Shown here: in pieces, positions 13,756 through 25,689 of the stretch | Layout of the letters: the number at the start of each line of letters is the position of its first letter | Position numbering within the stretch: position 1 is the stretch's first letter | NCBI RefSeq assembly: GCF_006345805.1 | Contig: NC_042998.1 | Coordinates: 55,738,001-55,802,000 of the forward strand | Direction of reading: 5' to 3' | From: Octopus sinensis | Lineage: Eukaryota | DNA length: 64,000 bases | Made by a program: the position numbers and the translations under genes | The notes under the pieces: model-generated | What the model was told of the DNA's origin: nothing | What the model saw: only the letters and a program-made list of their open reading frames with translations | The model's database searches: none

Positions 13756-14268
13756 CCGTAAATCCTCGAGTATTGTCTGCCCTTGTGTATAATACGCAGG
13801 GGATTTTTAGGGGGTTTTACCTCCGAAAAACCTAAACCTTGAGTATAATATGCACCCTTTCTCTAACTTGAGTCGTGCGTAATTAAGTCAGCAGCACCTA
13901 GTCGAACAAACACTTCCGCGCATGCGTAATACAATAATGGTGATGTTCTTAACTGTTATATGGGAATATAAATATGTTTGCCAATTGTTTTAGTTACATG
14001 TTATTCTGTGTTCTGAATACTTTTATTCTAATAAATGTTGCTTATTGCAAGTTATAGATGGTTCTTCATTGCTTTCAGGCTTAGCTTAAGGTATTTTCGC
14101 GCCCGACATCACAAAATGCGTCTGAATAAACATTGCCGGACAGCAAATAGAGACTCGGACATTGCTTAGAAAATATTTTTCATTTTTAACCTCGTATATA
14201 GTACGCACTAGGGATTTTAACCCTTAAATTTTGGGGGGGAAATGCGGATTATACTCGAAGATTTACGG
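13756..14268. mobile_element. Tc1/mariner-superfamily (pogo/Tc2-like) MITE
   Basis: TIRs CCGTAAATCCTCGAGTAT / ATACTCGAAGATTTACGG, each flanked by TA. Confidence 0.75.
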
Positions 14269-14699
14269 TAACTCTAGCAAGGAAGCCTTTAAAATTGTAA
14301 TATTGTGAATAATTTTTGTTTTTAATTCTTGAAACGAATAACAACCGTCGCTTTTGTTATAATCATTAGAATAATTGTGGTAAAAAAATAATGTTTCTTA
14401 ATAACGCAATTGTCTAACAAAAGAAACAATGCGAGCAAAAGAAAATATAATTAGACACAATGTAATATAATGGCTAAAAGTTGAAGCTTGGTTTCATATT
14501 TTATTTTTTATCATCTGTTAATGAAAGCGACGCTAAAATTATGAAAAATCAATTAAATATGTTATTTTTTATCTTTATAATTCTATTTACATGGTAGAAA
14601 TTGACTGAAATCTAGGCTCCTTTGCGAAAAACCCAAATTAATTCTTGTCAAGAGACTCTAGCAGAGAGCATTAACTTTTGCTGTAGATTTCTTCTTTTT

Positions 14700-14973
14700 C
14701 TTTTTGTATTTTACTTGTTTCAATCATTCGATTGGGGCCATGGTGGGGCACCACCGTCACAGGTTTAATCAACAAATTTTATCCCAGTACTAATTTGTTA
14801 AAGTTTGGTACTAATTCTATCAATCTCTTATTGCCAAACCGTTGAGTTACGGGGACGTAAACAAAGTACCACCCGTTGTCAAGCAGTGGTGGGGGACAAG
14901 CATAAAGAAACATACAAACACACACACAGACACACAGAGGCAGGCAGATAGACAGGCAGGCAGGCAGACAGAC

Positions 14974-15017
<44 letters not shown>

Positions 15018-15018
15018 C

Positions 15019-15080
<62 letters not shown>

Positions 15081-15086
15081 CAGATG

Positions 15087-15162
<76 letters not shown>

Positions 15163-15290
15163 TACGACGGGCTCCTTTCAGCTTCCATGTGCCAAATTCC
15201 CTCATAAGGCTATATTATAAGACATGCCCAAAGTGCCGCGCAGCAGGACTATATATGGAACCGTGTGGTTGGGAAGCAAACTTCTTATCA
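14700..15290 (-). mobile_element. SINE family A copy with expanded internal (GATA/GACA)n
   Basis: Family A halves at 14700-14930 and 15165-15290 flank the tetranucleotide tract. Confidence 0.75.
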
Positions 15291-16267
15291 GATGGACGCA
15301 TATATTTTTTCACGGAGTACAACTTCAATATTCAAATAGCCTGGAAAATCTGACGCTCGTGCATTCTGAAGGGATGTTATTGAAGTAATGTGAATTTGCA
15401 TTAAATGATTAGCGAAACCAATTCACAAATTATATTCTCAGAGATCTTACCTTGTAGCTCGACAAAATCAGTATCCCACTTGTCAATAAAAGATATTTGC
15501 AAAGCTATAAACAGTTATAACGATGTTATCCAGAAGCTAACTCATTTTCGTAAATGTTAATTGAAAAAAAATTATTATCATTAAGTGCAATTTTAGTTTA
15601 AATATTTAACAGCTTGTAAGACTCAAATGTTTACACAGAATGAAATAATAAATATAGTCTAACTTATAATTAGTTTTGTTAGTAAATAATAACAAATTCA
15701 TACATATAATTTCTGTAACTGGATCATATTAGCACAATTTTTGACCGTATTATACGAAGAAGAAGGCTGCGTTATCATATATTTTATTATTTCAACATTG
15801 ATAGAAAATATTTGTCATATGGCATTATGAAATGAACATAGGATAGTCGGAATCTCTGAGCTGAGTTCCTCTACTTTTAATCTAGGATAGTCATAATTTT
15901 TTAGCATTTCTATTTTCATAAATTTGTGAGGTCATACATATTTATGGAACACATTATTTCCTCATTTTGTAAACATAAGATTTTGCTTAACCTTAATGAC
16001 ATTGATAAACTTTGGTGTAGCAGTTGTTATTCGTGTCTAACTAGGTGCTTTTTTTTTTATTAATTGCCTTGCAAGTAATTACAGTTGGTTGTATTATTTT
16101 GAAATAACACATGGACATGTATTACGATTAGTATGCATATATTAATCTCTGTAATAGGTATGTATATATATAATATATCGGGAACATGAACCTCATATTA
16201 CTCTGCCTCTGGTATTCGAGTACTATTTTTCCCACCTTGTTTAACATTTATGTGCTTACTCTGCTAT

Positions 16268-16300
<33 letters not shown>

Positions 16301-16371
16301 TATATATACTGTATATGTATTAGTATGTATGTATGTATGTATATTTATAAATAATTCAGCCAACACTTGAT

Positions 16372-16409
<38 letters not shown>

Positions 16410-16411
<2 letters not shown>

Positions 16412-18228
16412 GTAGTACCTTGACTTACGAGCTTAACTCAAATTACTCGTGTGCCAAATCAAATTTCCTCATTGAAATGAATTGAAATGCCATTAATCCG
16501 CCTCCACCACCACCCCCCAAAAAGCATCAAATTTTTTGGGGTTTCGTGTTTTTAAATAAGAAAAATTTACTGTACTTATAAATAACGATACAATAGAATG
16601 TACTGCAATAAACTGGTTTTATTTATTATCATGTACAGCTTTTACCTTGGAAATCAGACTACTTGAGGATTTTGACGGAGTGGAGGAGAAAGGCTGAACT
16701 TCGGGTTCGTGTCATTCAAAGTTCTTCCACGCAGGTCCTCTTTGTAACACCCTGCCAGGCCCATATCGATAATTCTGAGGCATATCACGATGTTATATCC
16801 CTTCCAGAACTCTCGAAGGGTGAGTTTTGTGCTATCCGTCACCTCAAAGTAGCGGCGGAACAGATGCTTATTGAAGATCTTCTTGAAATTAGAAATCTCC
16901 TGCTGGTCTATGGGCTGCAGGATAGGGGTGGTGTTGGGTGGAAGGTATAGAACCTTTAAAAACTTGAATCCTTCGAGGATGTCATCTTCGAGGTTAGGTG
17001 AGTGAGCAGGTGCATTATCCAAGACAAGAGGAGCTTGCACTGGTAGGTTATTTTCCTGGAGATATTTCTTAACGCCAGGACAAAAGACCAAATTCACCCA
17101 CTCCACAGTGAACTACCTGGTGACCCATTATTTGAGTTTCTCCTCCACATAATCTACAGTTTTTCTTTCAGAATCTTATGTGACTTAAAGGCTCTGGGAT
17201 TTTCCGAACGATAAACGAGCAGCGGCTTAATCTTGCAGTCGCCACTCGCATTGGCGCACAGTACGGGGGTTAGCCTATCTTTTCTGGGTTTGTGGCCTGA
17301 CATTCTCTTCTTGGCATCTTCTTGCAAAAAAGTCCTGTCTAGTCACTGTTAAAGGCTTGCTGGGAGATGTATCCTTCTGCTGCTATAATTCCGGCAAAAG
17401 TTTTGAGGTAATCCTCAGCTGCCTTCATATCTGCTCACACTGCCTCGCCATGCCTGACAAGGTAGTGAATGCCGGTCCTCTTTTTAAAATTTTCGAACCA
17501 GCTTTAAACGGCTCACCCGAAGCCTCTTCTGTACAAGTGCCTTGGGTCTGCTGCAGCGAATCAGCGTAAATAGCTCGTGCATTCCACAGATTATAGCCTC
17601 CATCACGGTACCTCCTGCGAGTTGCTTCTCCGTCAACTACACTATCACCAACTTCCCCATATTTTCATGGATAGATGTCCGCTGATTAGAAATTATTTTA
17701 AAGCCCTTGGCTGGCGTTATAGCCTTTATCGACTCCAGCTTCAGTGTGGTGCAGATCGTAGAAATGCTATGCTCGTACTGATTTGCCATGTCGACTACAC
17801 GCACACCTTGGCCGTGTTTTTCAATAATCTCTTTGTTTAATTCAATGCACATTATCCACCTGTTCTTCTCACCACTGTCCTTCGCACTCACTTTCTTCGG
17901 ACCCATATTCAGGAAAACGAAGTTTTGCAAAATAACTGCAAGCACAATTGCAAGCACAGCACAGATGCTTGGTAGCCTCCAACAACTAAGTAAGCATTTC
18001 AACACCCATCTAGCTAACGATCCACTATTTTCGCACTTGCTAACGTGCATATCTATCTAGCTATCGAGTGAGACACGAGATGCTAGACGGACTTTGCAGC
18101 GTTCACTGTGGTGTTCGCTATACCAACTAACGGTTGGTATTTTAGCTCGGAACTCAAAGCAAAAAATCGGCCGAGAGACAGCTCGAAAAACTCGTTTGTT
18201 GGGACACTTGTAAGTCAAGGTACCACTG
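16410..18228 (-). mobile_element. Tigger/pogo-family transposon, decayed, both TIRs present
   Basis: TIR CAGTGGTACCTTGACTTAC with TA flanks. Minus ORFs 17637-18050 (MGPKKVSAKD.., CENP-B-like HTH) and 16654-17106 (LVLDNAPAH..LPPNTTPILQPIDQ, pogo DDE). Confidence 0.9.
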
Positions 18229-18234
18229 TATATA

Positions 18235-18278
<44 letters not shown>

Positions 18279-18284
18279 TATATA

Positions 18285-18480
18285 TAGGAGAGTTTACGAA
18301 AAAAACAACAAAAGACGAAGACAGGTGGTGTACAAAACAAACAGATGTATTAGTATAACGCTCAGGAATAGAAAAAGTCTTTTACGTTTCGAGCCTACGC
18401 TCTTCTACAGAAAGGGACACAGAAAACAAGGAGAGAAACAAGGACAGAAAAATGTGTGTAGTGGCTAACGATCTATCATA
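18285..18480 (-). mobile_element. Short TA-flanked repeat with a minimal hammerhead-like variant (18377-18418)
   Basis: Minus strand: CTTT-CTGTAGA-A-GAGC-GTAG-GCTC-GAAA-CG-TA-AAAG. Confidence 0.55.
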
Positions 18481-18569
18481 TATATACACAAGCATGTTGA
18501 TACAAACAGTAGAAATAGAACTCAAAATATGAGTATATGTATATTTTTATTAATATTTAGCAGAAATAA

Positions 18570-18805
18570 CAGTGTCTCAAGGTCCGAGACTTTCGTACGT
18601 TGACGCTTATCTATGCATTTGCTAATTGAATGATATAACGAGCACACTATTCAAATTATCCACGTGTTATTATTATGATTTTCAAATTTGATTTAGAACA
18701 ATCCAGTGGGAAATATATTTATCACCAGCTATATAAACTCACAGGTCTTCGACCTGAAACTAGCTTATTAAGTGCCAACGCAAGTAACTCTCAGACCTTG
18801 AGACA
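18570..18805. mobile_element. Putative small MITE
   Basis: Imperfect TIRs TGTCTCAAGGTCCGAGA / TCTCAGACCTTGAGACA. Confidence 0.45.
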
Positions 18806-18874
18806 TTATATTATCTTTGTTAAATGTGTGTGTGCGCGCGCCCGCACGTACGTCCATGTCTATGTATGCTTGTT

Positions 18875-19202
18875 TTACGGGGAATCACACCATGGTTTAT
18901 GTCCAAGATATAAACCTGAGAAACGTTTTAGGGATGCTGTCAAAAACAACATTAAGGTTCTTACTACCAATATTGAAAACTGGGAGCAGATGACGGAAAA
19001 TCGATCATTTTGAAAATAAATGATCTACGATGTTTGTAAAGCATCTGACATACTGAAAATCAAATGCTCCATCTTGAAACGAGCACTTCGTAAACAGGAC
19101 TTGACTTCAATCTTTGGAACTTTTCTGCCTAAAAATATTTGTAACATCTGCAGTAGTGTCTGTTTGTCCAAAGTCGGACAATACTTATATGAGAGCTCCT
19201 AA
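18875..19202 (+). mobile_element. RTE LINE 3' fragment
   Basis: YGESHHG..KPEKRFRDAVKNNIK..IENWEQMTENRS..CNICSSVCLSKVG (terminal Cys motif). Confidence 0.7.
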
Positions 19203-19791
19203 TGGCATTTATTAACTTCTGTGAAGAAGTGGCAACCACTTTCATATTTGTATATAGGCATTATGTGTGTGCGTATGCGTGTATGCATTGTTTCTTTTTC
19301 TTTTCTTTCTTTTTTATCTTAATTAGACTTCTTCCTAGAAGAAGGAGCTAGTTCGTAACAAAGAATTAATTTCATCTTTGAAATTTTGGTAACGACATGT
19401 TGAACTTCAGAAAAGTTTTGCATATTTTTACTTTTCCCTTTACAAATTATTATTGTAAAGTACGAGTTGGCTGCTTTCTTTCATTACCTAAAAATCCTAG
19501 CTTAGACGTTTACTAACATAATCAAGGGCACCAATAATGACTGGAAGAAATGTGAATCTGTAAACAGAGTAGAGGAACCGTACGTTTTGAAGCATTTGTC
19601 TAAAAATATTCTCCTCAGTGAATTTTGAAGAGATGTTCATATCTGCAGGTCAACATGACTCTACGAGTTTTTTTCTCTGTCTCACATAATTTTATCAAGT
19701 GTGTTGTGCTTGAGTTTGGTAGAGGTTTTGATGGGAATATTCCACCAATATTCACTGTGCTGATGTGTATGTAAGTATTCAACAAAAAATG

Positions 19792-19829
<38 letters not shown>

Positions 19830-20883
19830 AATAAAATAGAACATATGCATATATATAAACATATATGTACGTACCTACCTCTACATGTACATATACACGC
19901 ATATATGTGTACAGGACACCAAAAAGACGTCGAACACATAGAGAGACGAAAAACATAGACACAAACCAAGGAACAAGACAAGCAAAAAAAGAGATACAGG
20001 ACAATAAACACAACGAAAAATCCCCTTCTTCAGTCGCTAAGGTTTCATCTACTAAACGTTTCGAAGGATAAAAGCGAGACGTATACTTCGAAGGAAACTT
20101 CCTTCCTGCGAAAAGCAAATCAATTAAAATTCTGAGATCTTTTCGCAGAGGGGTAAAAAAAGCAAGACGGTAACGACAGTACAAACATATAAACAGTAAA
20201 AAATATATATATAAACAGTGGAACAGTGGAAGAATAAATATATAACAGTGAGAGACAGGACAAGGAGAACAAGATAAGAAGGGCTGTTAACGCCAGACGA
20301 AAAAAGTATTGCAAACGCTGGATTAAAGTGGACGACGAGAGAGAAAAAATGTCGACCAGTAGCCTTAGAAGGCGGGCGAGAAAAGACAGGATAGCAGTTA
20401 CGACGGAAGTATCGTCGCAGATGGACGACGGGAATGGGGGAGGAGGAGCAAGAGGAAGAGAGAGAAGAAGGGGAATGGTGCGAGGAGACCATGAAGAATG
20501 GTGAAAGGGAGAGAGAGAATGAAGAATGAGAGAGAGAGGAAGAGACAAGTTAAGTGAGGGAAAAAAACGAAAAAGGGAAAGGGAGAGAAAGAAAGAAAGA
20601 TGCAGAGTCGCGTGAGAGTTAATATCAAGGCTAACTTGATATATATATATATATATATATTTAATCAATATAGGGTGGCAAGGAAAATTTTGTAGAATTT
20701 TATTGCCACCAGCGCCCAGTGGGAAAAAATTAATAGTCATAGACCATTTTTAAGTTCAACATTAACAATTAAGGAACGGCCATAATAGGCCATTCACCCA
20801 CTAGAAATAACAGCCAAAGCTTCTACCGCAAATAAAGATTAATTCCGTAAACAGGAGAAAATTAAAAAAACATTTACCCTGTA

Positions 20884-20990
20884 ATTTCTTGTACTGTATA
20901 CCGTTTCATCCGCTGTTTAATGGTAAACTAACCTGATTAAATTAAATCAAGCCAATCCTCCATAAGCCCTCGGATTCTTCAGCAAGAAAT
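20884..20990 (-). ncRNA. Type I hammerhead ribozyme, copy 1 (one helix III substitution)
   Basis: Same as copy 2 except helix III is ACGGTATACAGT instead of the palindrome ACGGTATACCGT. Confidence 0.75.
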
Positions 20991-21373
20991 AGCTCAAGTC
21001 GGGACAGATATATACACGAGGCATACCCAATCTTGCCAAGTCAATATCTGACCTAAAATTTTCAAATCGTCGCACTCGCGCCAAATTTATCGGCAGCAAA
21101 TAGATATCAGCCGTCGATTCCATTACGGAATTAACCAAAAAATTCATAATTAATCAATATAGGGTGGCAAGGAAAATTTTGTAGAATTTTATTGCCACCA
21201 GCGGCCCAGTGGGAAAAAATTAAATAGTCATAGACCATTTTTAAGTTCAACATTAACAATTAAGGAACGGCATAATAGGCCATTCACCCACTAGAAATAA
21301 CAGCCAAAGCTTCTACCGCAAATAAAGATTAATTCCGTAAACAGGAGAAAATTAAAAAAACATTTACCCTGTA

Positions 21374-21479
21374 ATTTCTTGTACGGTATACCGTTTCATC
21401 CGCTGTTAATGGTAAACTAACCTGATTAAATTAAATCAAGCCAATCCTCCATAAGCCCTCGGATTCTTCAGCAAGAAAT
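21374..21479 (-). ncRNA. Type I hammerhead ribozyme, copy 2 (canonical core)
   Basis: Minus strand: ATTTCTTG (helix I) CTGAAGA ATCCG..CGGAT (helix II) GAA ACGGTATACCGT (helix III) A | CAAGAAAT (helix I'). Predicted GUA cleavage between 21382 and 21381. Confidence 0.88.
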
Positions 21480-21863
21480 AGCTCAAGTCGGGACAGATAT
21501 ATACACGAGGCATACCCAATCTTGCCAAGTCAATATCTGACCTAAAATTTTCAAATCGTCGCACTCGCGCCAAATTTATCGGCAGCAAATAGATATCAGC
21601 CGTCGATTCCATTACGGAATTAACCAAAAAATTCATAATTAATCAATATAGGGTGGCAAGGAAAATTTTGTAGAATTTTATTGCCACCAGCGGCCCAGTG
21701 GGAAAAAATTAATAGTCATAGACCATTTTAAGTTCAACATAACAATTAAGGAACGGCCATAATAGGCCATTCACCCACTAGAAATAACAGCCAAACCAGT
21801 TCTACCGCAAATAAAGATTAATTCCGTAAACAGGAGAAAATTAAAAAAAACATTTACCCTGTA

Positions 21864-21970
21864 ATTTCTTGTACGGTATACCGTTTCATCCGCTGTTTAA
21901 TGGTAAACTAACCTGATTAAATTAAATCAAGCCAATCCTCCATAAGCCCTCGGATTCTTCAGCAAGAAAT
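21864..21970 (-). ncRNA. Type I hammerhead ribozyme, copy 3
   Basis: Same intact motif as 21374-21479. Confidence 0.88.
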
Positions 21971-22352
21971 AGCTCAAGTCGGGACAGATATATACACGAG
22001 GCATACCCAATCTTGCCAAGTCAATATCTGACCTAAAATTTTCAAATCGTCGCACTCGCGCCAAATTTATCGGCAGCAAATAGATATCAGCCGTCGATTC
22101 CATTACGGAATTAACCAAAAAATTCATAATAATCAATATAGGGTGGCAAGGAAAATTTTGTAGAATTTTATTGCCACCAGCGGCCCAGTGGAAAAAATTA
22201 AATAGTCATAGACCATTTTTAAGTTCAACATTAACAATTAAGGAACGGCCATAATAGGCCATTCACCCACTAGAAATAACAGCCAAAGCTTCTACCGCAA
22301 ATAAAGATTATTCCGTAAACAGGAGAAAATTAAAAAAAACATTTACCCTGTA

Positions 22353-22459
22353 ATTTCTTGTACGGTATACCGTTTCATCCGCTGTTTAATGGTAAACTAA
22401 CCTGATTAAATTAAATCAAGCCAATCCTCCATAAGCCCTCGGATTCTTCAGCAAGAAAT
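22353..22459 (-). ncRNA. Type I hammerhead ribozyme, copy 4
   Basis: Same intact motif as 21374-21479. Confidence 0.88.
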
Positions 22460-22899
22460 AGCTCAAGTCGGGACAGATATATACACGAGGCATACCCAAT
22501 CTTGCCAAGTCAATATCTGACCTAAAATTTTCAAATCGTCGCACTCGCGCCAAATTTATCGGCAGCAAATAGATATCAGCCGTCGATTCCATTACGGAAT
22601 TAACCAAAAAATTCATAATTAATCAATATAGGGTGGCAAGGAAAATTTTGTAGAATTTTATTGCCACCAGCGGCCCAGTGGGAAAAAATTAAATAGTCAT
22701 AGACCATTTTTAAGTTCAACATTAACAATTAAGGAACGGCCATAATAGGCCATTCACCCACTAGAAATAACAGCCAAAGCTTCTACCGCAAATAAAGATT
22801 AATTCCGTAAACAGGAGAAAATTAAAAAAATTAAAAAAACATTTACAGGGTAAATGTTTTTTTAATTTTCTCCTGTTTACGGAATTAATCTTTATTTGC

Positions 22900-23303
22900 A
22901 GGACATCCTCATCGAGCTCTACAGATCCTCCAGGACAAGGCTCGTCTTCTAGGCTGTAGTTTCTGACTTGGAATTTCTGGAACCACTGCTGACACTGACT
23001 TACGCTTATTGTCTGATCCTTATATACTGCATTAATATTCTTCGCCCTTTCCGTTGAGTTGCTTTTATTGAATTCATAAAGCAAAATATACCGAATATGC
23101 TCCTTGGTCACTTCTATTATAGCTTTGAAAAAAAAATAACTGTTAAAATCGAACTGCACTCATCAAAACCTGCACTAAGAATAAGTACAAGGTAAAATTA
23201 CCACCTGCTTTTATAGCAAGCCGATGCAGTTAGTTTATCCCGCCCCCCTCCGGCTTTTAATTCATACAATTAAAAAAAACGCATTATTTATGGGATGACC
23301 CAA
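22900..23303 (-). mobile_element. Mariner 5' fragment (TIR plus N-terminal HTH), truncated at the array junction
   Basis: EVTKEHIRYILLYEFNK..AKNINAVY..QCQQWFQKF..SLEDEP..ELDEDVL. TIR TTGGGTCATCCCATAAATAATGC next to TA at 23304. Confidence 0.85.
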
Positions 23304-23385
23304 TATGTATGTATGTATGCACGTTCGTACGTATGTATGTATGTATGTATGTATGTAGGTATGTATGTATGTATGTGTCTATGTG

Positions 23386-23670
23386 TGGAGGCGCAATGGC
23401 CCAGTGGTTAGGGCAGCGGACTCGCGGTCGGAGGATCGCGGTTTCGATTCCCAGACCGGGCGTTGTGTGTGTTTATTGAGTGAAAACATCTAAAGCTCTA
23501 CGAGGCTCCGGCAGGGTGTGGTGGCGACCCCTGTTGTACTCTTTCGCCACAACTTTCTCTCACTCTTTCTTCCTGTTTCTTGAGTAACGCTGCGATGGAC
23601 TGGCATCCCGTCCAGCTGGGGGGAACACATACACCATAGAAACCGGGAAACCGGGCCCATGAGCCTGTGT
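23386..23670 (+). mobile_element. tRNA-derived SINE, family C, with a V-SINE-like central motif
   Basis: A box TGGCCCAGTGG and B box GTTTCGATTCC. GCTGCGATGGACTGGCATCCCGTCCAG resembles the V-domain core. Partial reverse copy at 39787-40020. Confidence 0.7.
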
Positions 23671-23859
23671 CTATATATCTGAATTTTTTGTTTCATAAAC
23701 TGGTGCGTAGACCTGAGTCATTCTCTGTCAAAAACGTAACAGAGCAATTCGGAAAACAGATATCAATAGGCTTAGTATCAAGTTTAAATGAATATTGGTA
23801 GTCGATTGGTCGTTATGTTTTGACAATAACACTTGAAGACAGTGCCTTAAGCATGCGCA

Positions 23860-24185
23860 CAGCTCGAACAAGTCGACCCCTGTGCTTATTTTTAAGCCTG
23901 GTACTTACTCTATCGGTTGTTTTTACCGAGCTACTAAGTTACAGGGTTTTAAACAAGCCAACACCGGTTGTCTAGCGGCGGTGGCGAACAAACACAAATA
24001 CACACACACGCACGCATAGATATACATACACGCATTTATAAATACGACGGGCTTCTTTCAGTTTCCCCCTACCAAATCAATACACAAGGCTTTGTGGACG
24101 GCCCGAAACTATAGCAAAGGACAAGTGTCCAAGGTGCAATCCAGTGGTAATGAACCCGGAACCAAACTTCTTACCACTCAGCTAC
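23860..24185 (-). mobile_element. SINE family A copy
   Basis: Diverged reverse homologue of 1680-2098. Confidence 0.7.
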
Positions 24186-24202
24186 GTCTCCATCTGTATA
24201 TA

Positions 24203-24432
24203 CGAAGAGGTGCTGAAGAGTTCCTGTTTTTTTTTTGGGGGGGGGGGTTGTATATAAGAAAATACAGCAGAATCTGTTAAATATGATTTTATTCGACATA
24301 TTTCCCTCTCAGATTCACACACTTATTGCAGCGGTCCTTCCGTTTCTCTACGCGCTGTAAAAGAACTCAGATGGTTGGGCATCCAATAAGGTCTTCCGTG
24401 ACACCCTTAACGCCAGGAACTTTTCAGCACCC
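24203..24432 (+). mobile_element. Mariner-derived short deletion derivative
   Basis: TACGAAGAGGTGCTGAAGAGTTCCTG / CCAGGAACTTTTTCAGCAC termini; same family in reverse at 55260-55491. Confidence 0.6.
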
Positions 24433-24563
24433 CGACCCTACCACCACCACCAACAACACCAACTCGTATATAGACAGACGGGCAGGCAGGCATAGAGACA
24501 GACAGACAGACAGGCAGAAATACAGGCAAACAGGCAGAGAGACAGACAAACAGACAGACAGGC

Positions 24564-24598
<35 letters not shown>

Positions 24599-24599
24599 C

Positions 24600-24668
<69 letters not shown>

Positions 24669-24679
24669 CACAGACACAC

Positions 24680-24757
<78 letters not shown>

Positions 24758-25487
24758 GTGTGTATGTGTGCGTATATATATTTATCTATATCAACCTATC
24801 TATCCACCGAACTTTCTGCTATTTATTTAATGTATTTATGTAAATATCAATGTTTACGTATAATTTTTAAGTGTGTATTTTTAGTTATGCGAGCATATTG
24901 TTTCCCACTGTCAACAGAGGAATGAATTACAAGTGTTCTCTTTTCTGCTTTTTATAATTCATAATATTTCTATTGATAAGGGACAAATTTGTTCTTCCTA
25001 CTGTAATCTTTGGTCAGTTTCAAAACGTTAGCATTCTTTTACTTAGAAAATGCTACTGAAGGACAATACGTTAATGATTGAGTTAAAGTGTTTTTTTTTG
25101 TTTGCTTTTTGGGTTTTTTTTATCTCTTATACTTAAACAACGATGTTTTCTTTACTATTAAATTCTACTTTGACATTTCCTCAGCTCACAGACGGCACAC
25201 AGTTGTGAAAACACTACTCCCAAAACTGTTCCTATTAGTTTACACACACACATACACGCATACACACACACACACACATACACATAGACATACACACACG
25301 CAGATACACACACATATGCACACGTACGCACGCATACATACACACACATGCATTTATATGAATATATGTATTCATGGACAGACAGGCATAGATAGAGAGA
25401 TGGATAGATAGATAGATAGAGAGAGAGACAGAGAGAGACAGAGAGGGAGAGAGAGAGATACAGACAGACAGACACACACACACAGGC

Positions 25488-25689
<202 letters not shown>

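Larger units (their letters stand above)
20661..22846 (-). repeat. Tandem array, ~4.5 copies of a 489-490-bp unit carrying a hammerhead ribozyme (non-LTR retrozyme-like)
   Basis: Unit starts at about 20661, 21150, 21639, 22129 and 22619. Copies are near-identical, and the left end abuts (TA)n. Confidence 0.9.

Noticed and set aside
20030-20110. Possible pLTR/HHR remnant (CTTCGAAACGTTTAG on the minus strand)
   Set aside because: No CTGANGA core is identifiable.
20120-20740. 206-aa and 122-aa minus ORFs next to the array
   Set aside because: Low-complexity Leu/Ser/Phe translations of a purine-rich tract.
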